This document shows positions 47,247 to 56,096 of a stretch of DNA of 64,000 nucleotides, one piece after another. Made by a program: the position numbers and the translations under genes. Every line of letters begins with the position of its first letter. The stretch's first letter is position 1. The notes beneath the pieces were generated by a model. That model was not told the DNA's origin. It was given only the letters and a program-made list of their open reading frames with translations, and ran no database searches. The stretch comes from a virus: positions 1-64,000 of the IMG/VR virus record IMGVR_UViG_3300023174_000124. One strand, 5' to 3'.

Positions 47247-49388
47247 TTATTTAAGCAATAATTTTAAAATTTGACTTCTTTTATCAGGATTATAATAAGC
47301 GAGTTTAATCAAAGATTCTCTACTAAGACTAGCTTTTTTCTTGGTGCTTTCTTCTGAGTTTAATAACTTACCTAATTCAGATACCCCTTTCATAATCTCT
47401 TCTAATTTCCCTTCGTCAAATTTCCCATCAGTACTTACAGATTTAAAAAGTTCTATAATTGTAGGGTCTACTGTCAATGCACTTTCAAATTTATCTTTAA
47501 CGATCTTATTTATTTCTTTGTCTTGGTCAGCACCTTTCTTATTTATCTTGCTCTTTAATCTCTTCCATTCAGATACTGCCCAATCGTGATGTTTATGAGT
47601 AGAGTCCCCAAATATTTTCTTTAAAGTGTTAAATTTAATTATTCTACCTTCTGGGTTTTCCCAAGTTTCGTTCTTATATTTATCTTCCATGCTTTCTTGT
47701 TCTTTTCTAATTTTACTAATAGCCTCTAAAACTGTTTTTGCATCTTCGGAAGAAATACCTGAGTCTGATTTAGTAGTAGTTCTTTTCTTTTTGTTTATAG
47801 GCGCTTTAGGTTCTCTTTTCTTTTTAGTTTGTTTCATTAGGTCTTCTTGAACATCGTTTACTTCATCGAATGACATTAAAGCCAAATCCCTCTCCAAATC
47901 GGATTCAGTCTTATCTTGAATTGTGGACATATCTAATTGTCCTCTTTGTCTTAAAATCCTATCTTCTTTTTCTTTTTCGCTTTCTTCTTCACCTAATTCT
48001 TCTGGTCCTTCAATAGTGTGTCTTAGGTCTTTTAATTTATTAGTTGCCCAACTATCTCCTTCTTCTTCCATATCTATCATTTCTTTAACGGTAATTCTTT
48101 TTCCATCGGGTGTTTTAAATTTTTTATTCTTAGTTTCTTGGAGTAATAGCTTTTCACGAGTATATTTAGCCCCCATATATTCTTTCTTTTTTTCTTCAAG
48201 AATTTTTTTGGCTCTTTCTTTTTCTTCGATGTCTCCATCTTGAGAAATATCTAACAATTCTTTGATTGTTAAATCATCGCCTAAAATATCATCATCAAAA
48301 GTCTCGTCTTTAAAAAATTCTTTAATCCCCTCATTAGTGGCTTCTTCTTTACCTATGTCTTCATATTTTCTTTCTCTCTCTAATTTTTTAACTAACTCTT
48401 CTTTTTTCTTATTAAATTCTTCTTTGAGTTTAGCTCTTTTTTCACCTTCAGGTGTGTTCTTATAGTTTTGATATACTCTATAAGATAAAGCAAGACCTGC
48501 ACCAATAACAAAAGGAGATGCAACTAAAGCGGTAGCACCACTTACAATACTACTAAGTATACCACCTGTCGCAACAGCTTTAGCTCCTACCGCAACAACA
48601 GGAGCAACAGCTTTAGCTCCTACAGCAACAGGAGCAACAGCAACAGGAGCTACAGCAGAACCTCCTCCTAAAAGACCTCCCACTGAAGAAGCTATCTGAG
48701 CAAAGAGACCTACACCTGCTATTTCTTTTGCACCAATATTTTTAGGTGCAGATGGCTTTAAAACATTTGCAAGTTTATCCAAACCCATTTCTTCAAAAGT
48801 TTTACTTAAGGCTTTTTTCACCCCTGTACCTAATAAACCTTCTGATGCTTTCTTAAATTCTTGATCAACTAATCCTGTTGCTTTCTTTATTCTTTCTCTA
48901 TAGACTTCTTCTTGAGCAGGTCTTAGTTTTTCATCTAAGTATGCTTCAAACTCTGCCCTATCTTTAGGATTAGTAATATCTTTACCTGCACCCTTAAATT
49001 TTTTAATTTCAGATTCTACTTCTCCCTTTAATTTCTTAACTATCTTATTTTGTATCTTTGTGTCTCCACCACCTTCACTTGCACCTTCTTGTTTTTTATA
49101 TTCTTCCGTCACCTTCTTTACAATAGCCTTAGCCCACATCTTATCTTGAGTGGCTAATTCCATTACACGATCCAAACCGATTAAATTACTTGTTTCAGGG
49201 TTCTTCCATTTTCTATCCCCTGCAAATTGTTTCAATTTGTTTGTTGAATTGTCTGCTACTATTCTCATAGCAGCATATCTTAAATCAGGATTTAAATAAG
49301 CAACTCTAATGAGTTTCTTATCCATCTCACTTAAAGGGCGAGATAGAACTAGTTGCTTATCTTCATCTATTGTGCCTTTATATGTCAT
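47247..49388 (-). CDS. large tagged protein with Ala/Val/Gly-rich hydrophobic segment and NPET/WA repeats
   Basis: LIRVAYLNPDLR at the N-terminus and KKAS-LSRESLIKLAYYNPDKR at the C-terminus; AVAPVAVG repeats. Confidence 0.85.
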   Translation of the reverse strand: MTYKGTIDEDKQLVLSRPLSEMDKKLIRVAYLNPDLRYAAMRIVADNSTNKLKQFAGDRKWKNPETSNLIGLDRVMELATQDKMWAKAIVKKVTEEYKKQEGASEGGGDTKIQNKIVKKLKGEVESEIKKFKGAGKDITNPKDRAEFEAYLDEKLRPAQEEVYRERIKKATGLVDQEFKKASEGLLGTGVKKALSKTFEEMGLDKLANVLKPSAPKNIGAKEIAGVGLFAQIASSVGGLLGGGSAVAPVAVAPVAVGAKAVAPVVAVGAKAVATGGILSSIVSGATALVASPFVIGAGLALSYRVYQNYKNTPEGEKRAKLKEEFNKKKEELVKKLERERKYEDIGKEEATNEGIKEFFKDETFDDDILGDDLTIKELLDISQDGDIEEKERAKKILEEKKKEYMGAKYTREKLLLQETKNKKFKTPDGKRITVKEMIDMEEEGDSWATNKLKDLRHTIEGPEELGEEESEKEKEDRILRQRGQLDMSTIQDKTESDLERDLALMSFDEVNDVQEDLMKQTKKKREPKAPINKKKRTTTKSDSGISSEDAKTVLEAISKIRKEQESMEDKYKNETWENPEGRIIKFNTLKKIFGDSTHKHHDWAVSEWKRLKSKINKKGADQDKEINKIVKDKFESALTVDPTIIELFKSVSTDGKFDEGKLEEIMKGVSELGKLLNSEESTKKKASLSRESLIKLAYYNPDKRSQILKLLLK

Positions 49389-49392
49389 TTTT

Positions 49393-49869
49393 TTATCCTT
49401 TTAATACTTCTTTAGCAAGTTCTATGGGATAACTTTCAAGTATCATTTTAGAGTATGGACAATTCACTTCTTTTAAGTGAGTTTCTAAGAAGGGAATGTG
49501 ATCTCTATTCTTACTATAAAGATTACAAGCAACTTCACCTGATTTCAAGGTTAAGTCATTTATAGCCTTTAAACAAGCCTTAACTAAATTAGGTTTAAAT
49601 CCTAAAACACCACCATATAATTTAGTTGGCTTGTCAAACATTACACACCCTCTAACTAATGCTTGAGAATATGGACACCCTGTTACTTTTGCTTTATGCT
49701 TAAAAAAAGTTCCAGCTTCAGGATGCTTTAATTCTAAGGTACGAGAGATATCAGTCATATATCTTTCAAGTTTTTTAGTAGCTGTGCTAACATCGTTTTG
49801 TACAGCTTTAGTAAAACCATACATACCATTAGCAGCAACCCTATTTAACATCGCTGTTCTGTTATACAT
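49393..49869 (-). CDS. putative head protein with internal two-fold repeat
   Basis: GMYGF...CPYSQAL versus GVLGF...CPYSKMI; N-terminal RTA/RVA. Confidence 0.8.
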   Translation of the reverse strand: MYNRTAMLNRVAANGMYGFTKAVQNDVSTATKKLERYMTDISRTLELKHPEAGTFFKHKAKVTGCPYSQALVRGCVMFDKPTKLYGGVLGFKPNLVKACLKAINDLTLKSGEVACNLYSKNRDHIPFLETHLKEVNCPYSKMILESYPIELAKEVLKG

Positions 49870-49871
49870 GA

Positions 49872-50693
49872 TTATTTATGTCCTCCATAATAAAAATAAG
49901 AAGCTAAATCACCTAAGATTTGATGAGCATGAGCAATCTTACTCTCTACCCAATCTTCCATAGGCATACCACTCTGTATTTTATCTCCTAAAACACCTAA
50001 CATATCTTGCATTTCACTGATATGTTGTACACTCATATAATTACCATCTACATCAGCTTGTTGTTCAGAAGCATATCTTCTTAAACCTCTTGCTTTAGAA
50101 CGACATTCTAAAGCTTTAGATTGTAATGCTGTAATTTTATCTCTTACTAGATTTGTTGCTTCATATAAAGCACTAATCCCATTCTTTACAGCAGATGCCA
50201 AATCTTCACTAATTACACCATGACTTAATAATGTATCTACATCTTGAGTGTCTAATGCTGATTCTAAAGAAGAAGCCATTTCTTCACATTGGTCAGCTTG
50301 AGTTAATAAGTCTTCCATAGACAAATTATAATCAAGACTTCCTAATAAATCATCAGCCAATTTACCTTCTTTACTCGCTGTTAAATATCTTTGTTTCAAC
50401 TTAGCTAATCTAATATATCTAGCTGTCTTAACAGGTTCTACTTTACCTTCATTGATTTCTTTAATCTTACCTGCATTACCCTCCCATGCTTTAGCTGCTT
50501 CAGGATTTCCATGTTCTTTAAGATATTTAGGAACATTTACTTTCTTGCCTGTTTCAAAACGACCATATAATTCTTCAGCATCTATTTCATCTGCATATAA
50601 TTCGGACAAGTCTTGTTCTTCATAAGAACCATAATCATGTCTCATCATTAAAGGTTGTGTTAAACTAGCTCTTCTACGATTACTATTTCTCAT
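49872..50693 (-). CDS. modular tagged protein
   Basis: RRAS, KTAR and RYAS sites separate modules; C-terminal YMS.Q...EDWVESKIAHA domain. Confidence 0.8.
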   Translation of the reverse strand: MRNSNRRRASLTQPLMMRHDYGSYEEQDLSELYADEIDAEELYGRFETGKKVNVPKYLKEHGNPEAAKAWEGNAGKIKEINEGKVEPVKTARYIRLAKLKQRYLTASKEGKLADDLLGSLDYNLSMEDLLTQADQCEEMASSLESALDTQDVDTLLSHGVISEDLASAVKNGISALYEATNLVRDKITALQSKALECRSKARGLRRYASEQQADVDGNYMSVQHISEMQDMLGVLGDKIQSGMPMEDWVESKIAHAHQILGDLASYFYYGGHK

Positions 50694-50938
50694 TTTATTT
50701 TTCTCCTTTGTTCAGCTTCTTCTTGTGCTGATTCAAAGTCTTCAAAGATGTAAGGGTTTCTTTTATAAATAGCTCCTATATCACCTATTTTCATAAATAA
50801 AATAAATTTTATAAAGGAGCTAAAATGTATGATGTTATGAACATCACTTGAACTTAGAGCATCTAAAACTAACCAAAATTCACTATTTAAGTTAATTTTA
50901 TTCTTATGTGGCTTAAAAAATAAACCACATATCTTCAC
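50690..50938 (-). CDS. hypothetical protein
   Basis: 82-aa ORF with GTG start abutting both neighbours. Confidence 0.55.
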   Translation of the reverse strand: MKICGLFFKPHKNKINLNSEFWLVLDALSSSDVHNIIHFSSFIKFILFMKIGDIGAIYKRNPYIFEDFESAQEEAEQRRKIK

Positions 50939-51499
50939 TTAAAATCTTCTCTTTCTAAGTGAAGCCATTACTTGACGACCCTCAGGAGTGATTTCATTAT
51001 CTACCATAAGAGCAGACCTACGAATTAAATATCCATTGTATTTTTCATACCACTTACTATAAAATTCTTTACCATCGACTATTCTTACTGTTTCTTCAGG
51101 GTCAGGTATATTTGAGTCTGCTACATATACATCATACCCACCACCCTCTTTACCTACAACATCAAATATTAAAGAAGCATGACTCCATTCACGACCTTCT
51201 GGGTTCCACCCAATAAGTACAGGTTTACCTGCATCTGTCCATTCTTTAACTTGCTTTAATGTTGCAGGTGTAACTAAAGTCCCTCTACAACCATAATGTT
51301 GAACACAAGCTAATACTGATTCCCAAGATGCTCCTGTCATTGGTCTCGCACCTATAACTTCATTCACCTCATCTTCATTACATTTAACACCTAAAGCATT
51401 TAATGCCATAGCTGTTGATGCAGCTACACATGAAAATTGTGTTCTTTGTCTGATCGGATTCACATTAGCTTTCGCTATTCTTCTATTAAACCCATACAT
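50939..51499 (-). CDS. C39-like cysteine peptidase
   Basis: RQRTQFSCVAAS (Q-x5-C), WSHASLI, YVADS. Confidence 0.85.
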   Translation of the reverse strand: MYGFNRRIAKANVNPIRQRTQFSCVAASTAMALNALGVKCNEDEVNEVIGARPMTGASWESVLACVQHYGCRGTLVTPATLKQVKEWTDAGKPVLIGWNPEGREWSHASLIFDVVGKEGGGYDVYVADSNIPDPEETVRIVDGKEFYSKWYEKYNGYLIRRSALMVDNEITPEGRQVMASLRKRRF

Positions 51500-51557
51500 C
51501 TTTATATGCTCCTGTAATAAGTTCTTTTTACCTTATAGAAAAATTATTAAAACACTA

Positions 51558-51586
51558 TTGACAACACTGGGCTTTGTGTGTATAAT
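51558..51586 (+). promoter_or_regulatory. perfect sigma70 (early) promoter TTGACA-17-TATAAT
   Basis: TTGACA at 51558-51563, TATAAT at 51581-51586, upstream of the 51618 gene. Confidence 0.9.
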
Positions 51587-51617
51587 ACAAACATACTAAC
51601 CCTAAAGGAGTCAAACA

Positions 51618-52610
51618 ATGAAGTTAGTAAATAAGATAGCGATAGAAATGTTTGTCATCGCAAGTAAAACAGATTACCCATTCCTTAGAGATACCTTGTT
51701 GCCTAAACTAACAGAAGAATGTGGTGTCCCTATTCTAGTTAATGGTTTTATCTCAATAGAAGATAAAGAAGCCCTTACCCCACCAAATAGCACAGGTGCT
51801 ATTTTAATAGCTACTGAAAATACAAAATTACCCTTGTCTTTAAATAAACTAGTTTCAAGTTCTATTTTGTCTTTATCTGTTCCTGCGATCTTCACCACCA
51901 CAAGAGACCCTGTTGTTTTAAAGGAAGAGATTTTTGAAGCCTTCCCACCTTTTAGTATATATGCTGAAACTGCCAAAGCACTAAAAAAAGGAATACTCCC
52001 ATCAGCCTTTACTTTTGAAAGTTTTAAAAATCTCCTATTAGAAAATAGAGATTTACTCTTTAAATTTTTTCCTCTCTCAGAAGATCAATTAAATCCTAAT
52101 ACCAATAAGAAAAAACAAGGTAAATACAAAGAAAACATGGATTTACTTGTTAAGTTTGTTGAACAAAAAGTACAAGAGTTATGTTCACCTACACTTGTTC
52201 TAACTCCTCATTTACTTTTACAATATTTTAAAGATGTTTTCTCATTCTTAAATGAAAATCCAAATGATACTTTTACAATAGAGTTTATGAAAACTTGGTT
52301 ACATGGTGTTCATTTAACATACCCTGAAAAAGATATGTCTTTTTATGAAATGCTTTTCACTGATCACTTTCAGTGTGAGATTCCTCTTATATATAGAGAA
52401 TATTTAAATGATCTACTACCTAAAGTAGTTAATGAGACCCCTATTGATGATACTAAGAGTATTGAATTTGATACCTTTAACATTTCTTATACTCATGGGG
52501 TTTCTCTTTCAATTAAAGAAGTTATCTCATCTAGCTTAAAAACTAATGGATCAATTTCTATTGATTCCCTAGAAAATAATAAAATTATCAATTTGCTATT
52601 GACAGAATAG
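51618..52610 (+). CDS. putative early protein
   Basis: AAGGAG RBS; C-terminal domain resembles that of 52665..53963. Confidence 0.8.
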   Translation: MKLVNKIAIEMFVIASKTDYPFLRDTLLPKLTEECGVPILVNGFISIEDKEALTPPNSTGAILIATENTKLPLSLNKLVSSSILSLSVPAIFTTTRDPVVLKEEIFEAFPPFSIYAETAKALKKGILPSAFTFESFKNLLLENRDLLFKFFPLSEDQLNPNTNKKKQGKYKENMDLLVKFVEQKVQELCSPTLVLTPHLLLQYFKDVFSFLNENPNDTFTIEFMKTWLHGVHLTYPEKDMSFYEMLFTDHFQCEIPLIYREYLNDLLPKVVNETPIDDTKSIEFDTFNISYTHGVSLSIKEVISSSLKTNGSISIDSLENNKIINLLLTE

Positions 52611-52627
52611 CCTAGAAATGATACAAA
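52599..52627 (+). promoter_or_regulatory. sigma70-like promoter TTGACA-17-TACAAA
   Basis: Perfect -35; shares CTATTGACA and ATACAAACA(C/T)ACTAA with the 51558 promoter region. Confidence 0.55.
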
Positions 52628-52664
52628 CACACTAAATGCGTACCCTTAAAAAAAAGGACAAAAA

Positions 52665-53963
52665 ATGAAAGACGATCAAATAGCAACAATGCTAATGAGA
52701 GCTAATGAAAACACTGTGGTATTAAGTCAACACAGAGCGATAACTGAATCTTATAATGCTATCAAAGAAGCAGAAGATAAGTTAAAAAAAGAGAATAAGA
52801 TTAAAACCTTTGTAGTCGGTGGACATCATCCTTTAATTAGAGATACATGGTTGCCACAAATGAGTGAACAGATTGGTTTAAATTTTGTTATGGTAGGGCA
52901 TAAACTACCAGCAAGAAGAGCAGTAGGGTTTATGCCTGATTGTACTGAATTTGTTTTCTTAATGAAAGACATGGCAAGTCATGCACTCAGAAATTGGGCA
53001 AAAAAAGAAGCTCAGAAATTAAACATTCCTATGCTTGAAACTACTCAAAAAGTTTTAAATGCAGTGGAAGATTTTAAGAACTGGTCTACTCGTATGTATG
53101 ATTTAGGTCAAGAATTGAAAAAACAAAAAGCGATTGCTATCCAAGAAGCATTAGAAAGAGGGGAAGCAGTGCCTGAAACAGTTAAAGATAATGGCAACTA
53201 TCTCTATTATGATACTTTCAAATCCCTAGTAGATAATAATATCTATTCTTTTTTCCCTTATCATTCCTCTGATGATAAAGAAAATAGAGATTTTTGGTTT
53301 GATAAAATTAGAGAGAGCTTAGGTTCTTCTTATACCTACTATATTGACGAACTTGAAGAATATATGGATAAGTATTTAACTGAAATCCGTAAAAAGTGTC
53401 CTCTTTCTCTCAAATCTAAATGGGTGTATTCCTTCTTTGATGATAAAAACCTTGATCCTGAAAACCTTAAAAACCCTTCAAGGGTCAATAATTCTTTCAA
53501 AGTTATTTTCAATACTCGTTTACCTGATGAATTGAGAAAAGAAGTTTCCGATTTACTTCACCTACTACATGGCAGTGATACCCCCCCTGTTGTTGTAGAG
53601 GAGGCTCAAGTTCAAGAAACCACAGCTGTTGTAGAACAAACACAAGTAGAAGTTGTTGAACAGCCTAAACCTATTGAACCACCTAAACCTATTGAACCAC
53701 CTAAACCTGTTGAACCACCTAAACCTGTTGAACCACCTAAACCTGTTGAGACTAAGGTTATTATTGAACAACCTAAAGTTGTTGAAAATGAAGAAAGAAC
53801 TATCTCTTTCACTGATTTAAGCCTTACCTTAAAGAAAGGCTCTCAAATTCTACTTAAACAAGTTAAAGCTAATAAGCTAGATTTGACACAATCTCAAGGA
53901 TTAGATGTTTCAATAGATAAAGTTGAAGATGGTATCTTATATAATGTGTTAATTAAATACTAA
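52665..53963 (+). CDS. putative early protein with DUF2325-like domain and Pro-rich linker
   Basis: FVVGG...VFLMKDMASH.L...AKKEA.K.NIP; PKPVEP repeats. Confidence 0.8.
   Translation: MKDDQIATMLMRANENTVVLSQHRAITESYNAIKEAEDKLKKENKIKTFVVGGHHPLIRDTWLPQMSEQIGLNFVMVGHKLPARRAVGFMPDCTEFVFLMKDMASHALRNWAKKEAQKLNIPMLETTQKVLNAVEDFKNWSTRMYDLGQELKKQKAIAIQEALERGEAVPETVKDNGNYLYYDTFKSLVDNNIYSFFPYHSSDDKENRDFWFDKIRESLGSSYTYYIDELEEYMDKYLTEIRKKCPLSLKSKWVYSFFDDKNLDPENLKNPSRVNNSFKVIFNTRLPDELRKEVSDLLHLLHGSDTPPVVVEEAQVQETTAVVEQTQVEVVEQPKPIEPPKPIEPPKPVEPPKPVEPPKPVETKVIIEQPKVVENEERTISFTDLSLTLKKGSQILLKQVKANKLDLTQSQGLDVSIDKVEDGILYNVLIKY
53664..53749 (+). repeat. 18-nt coding tandem repeat, nearly 5 copies (PKP[IV]EP)
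   Basis: CCTAAACCT(A/G)TTGAACCA units. Confidence 0.95.
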
Positions 53964-54199
53964 ACTTTCTTTTTCTTACGACCTTTAAAATATTGGCTAG
54001 GTCTCATATGACAATGCTCTGATTTAGGATTTGAATATTTACAATAGATGCTCCAAGACACTGCCCATGCTTTACCTACATCATAACCTTTATCTATAAG
54101 TAATTTAGCTTTTTCTTCTACTTCTTTAGGTAAATTTTTAGCTTGTTTTTTCAACATCGCTAAACGAATCATCTTTAACTTTTCAGCTTGTGTAAACAT
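53960..54199 (-). CDS. small tagged protein
   Basis: KMIRLAMLKKQA-KNLPKEVE...KAWAVSWSIYCKY.NP.SEHC. Confidence 0.8.
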   Translation of the reverse strand: MFTQAEKLKMIRLAMLKKQAKNLPKEVEEKAKLLIDKGYDVGKAWAVSWSIYCKYSNPKSEHCHMRPSQYFKGRKKKKV

Positions 54200-54249
54200 T
54201 TAGATAGCCTTTCATATTTGTATTCTATATAAGCTATCTTATAAACAAA

Positions 54250-54825
54250 TTATACCTTACGAGATTTCTTTCTCCATTCCCACCTATCATTCTTCATCTT
54301 ATTTTCTCTTTGGTGTAAATCGTATGCTTTATTCTTTTGTAAAGCATTTAATTTCATATTCCCTTCAACAGTCAAATCACCTGTGTCTTTATCTTGTCTA
54401 CGAGAAGTAAGACCAATTGTTTGTGGCATAAGAGATTTAATCAACTTAGGGTCAATAGCATTAATAGATATATCCCATACCATTTCTAATTGAACACCTT
54501 GACATACACTTAAAGGTTTACCATCATAATCACAAGGTAGCTTTTGTCTAAATAGACTAATACCTGATCTTGTTTTTAATTCTAATTCAAAAAACCATAC
54601 AGGCATAGGAGCTTCAGGTCTATCAAATGCCATAGTAAAATATAAGTGTAGGTTCTTATCACCGAAAGTAGCTCTACACTGATGTACAATACCCCATTCA
54701 TGAATAAGAATATATAAGTCATTTGATTCCACAAGGCGACTGATAAATTCTCTTTCAATTTCAGTAAGGGGGATATATAAAGATAGGGCATTACCACCAC
54801 CGAATATATTAGTATCTTGACTCAT
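54250..54825 (-). CDS. hypothetical protein
   Basis: 191-aa ORF. Confidence 0.8.
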   Translation of the reverse strand: MSQDTNIFGGGNALSLYIPLTEIEREFISRLVESNDLYILIHEWGIVHQCRATFGDKNLHLYFTMAFDRPEAPMPVWFFELELKTRSGISLFRQKLPCDYDGKPLSVCQGVQLEMVWDISINAIDPKLIKSLMPQTIGLTSRRQDKDTGDLTVEGNMKLNALQKNKAYDLHQRENKMKNDRWEWRKKSRKV

Positions 54826-55079
54826 TTCTTTTTACCTTTTTTGTCATGTACTTCTAAATCTTCTTCTATTTCACCTAGACAAGCATCTTTATCTTTAAAA
54901 CAAGTATTAGAACAATCGCCACAGACTTTAAATGCTTCACCTTCTCTTAATTTCTTTTTATCGGCAGGTAAAGCACAATATTCTAAACAAGTTCTAATCT
55001 CATCATGTGTAGGATACTTGTTTTCTTGAGCATATAATAAGGTGAAACATAAGAGTGAAAGTATAAAGAGATATTTCAT
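54822..55079 (-). CDS. small secreted Cys-rich protein
   Basis: ATG at 55079 after AGGAG; signal peptide MKYLFILSLLCFTLLYA; six Cys in the mature part. Confidence 0.75.
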   Translation of the reverse strand: MKYLFILSLLCFTLLYAQENKYPTHDEIRTCLEYCALPADKKKLREGEAFKVCGDCSNTCFKDKDACLGEIEEDLEVHDKKGKKK

Positions 55080-55151
55080 TTTAGCTCCTATTGATTGTAT
55101 AATGAATTTATATACACTATACAAGTATAAATACACAAATGGAGTAATAAA

Positions 55152-55340
55152 ATGGCTATGATGAGAACAGGTTCACCTGCTAGTGCTATTAACACAGAAA
55201 CAATTAGGGGTTATCAAGATGGTTTAGCAGGGAAACATGAACCACCTACAGAAGCAACAGCACTAGAATTTTATACTAAGGGACATAATTTAGGTAAAGA
55301 TGTAAAAGAAGGTAAAGCACAACCACCAGCATGGGCATAA
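55152..55340 (+). CDS. small hypothetical protein
   Basis: GGAG RBS; RGYQDG...YTKGH..G. Confidence 0.75.
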   Translation: MAMMRTGSPASAINTETIRGYQDGLAGKHEPPTEATALEFYTKGHNLGKDVKEGKAQPPAWA

Positions 55341-55383
55341 TATAATATATCTCAGTATTTCTTGCTGAGAGGATAAATTCTAT

Positions 55384-56070
55384 ATGTATGAATGGTTAGA
55401 AGAAATTTTATCTACCATGTTTGTAAGTCCTACCCATTATGCTTACTTAAAATCTCGTGGTGTAGATGAAAATACAGGTATCTTATTTCATACCTTTGAT
55501 CCTAATAAAATTAAAATCAATATCCCTTGCCAAAGATTTGTTAATAACTTTGGTGCTAGAGGTGAGAGATTAAAAGACCACCTTATTATACCTGTGTCTT
55601 GTCCTAGAAATAAAATCATAGGATTTGAAGCTAGAACTTGGGACACAGAAGGTAATAAGAGAGTTCATAAATATATGTTAGATCGTAGCCAATGGCTACC
55701 TACTCTTATTAATTCTCATAAAGTAGTTGAGTCTTTATGGAATGGTGATGATATTTATGTAGTAGAAGGTATCTTTGATTTAGTAGCTTTACAAAAAGCT
55801 ATTTTACCTCCTCATACAGTATGCTCTACAATGAGAGCAGGTATGGATGAAAATACGATTAAACTCTTTGAGAGATTTTATACACCTATGTCATCTATTT
55901 ATATGTGTTATGATAATGATGAAGCAGGTAAATCTAAATCTCAAGAAGTAGTAAGGAAGTTAAGTAAATTAGGTATGAGGATTTTTGAATGTAAATATAG
56001 GGGTAAAGACCCTAATGATTTATGGACAAGAGAGGGTCTTGAAGGGTTGAATAAATACTTTATGTTTTAA
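55384..56070 (+). CDS. DNA primase, TOPRIM catalytic part lacking the zinc-binding domain
   Basis: YLKSRGV, IIGFEAR, VVEGIFD, YDNDEAG, KDPND. Confidence 0.88.
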   Translation: MYEWLEEILSTMFVSPTHYAYLKSRGVDENTGILFHTFDPNKIKINIPCQRFVNNFGARGERLKDHLIIPVSCPRNKIIGFEARTWDTEGNKRVHKYMLDRSQWLPTLINSHKVVESLWNGDDIYVVEGIFDLVALQKAILPPHTVCSTMRAGMDENTIKLFERFYTPMSSIYMCYDNDEAGKSKSQEVVRKLSKLGMRIFECKYRGKDPNDLWTREGLEGLNKYFMF

Positions 56071-56096
56071 TCTCCTTATATGAGGAGAGATTAAAT

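Noticed and set aside
43011-48465. Many + strand Ser/Phe/Leu-rich ORFs in the track
   Set aside because: Antisense shadows of Lys/Glu-rich minus-strand genes with no RBS. The same applies to the nested short ORFs elsewhere (e.g. 1165, 11599, 30506, 53565).
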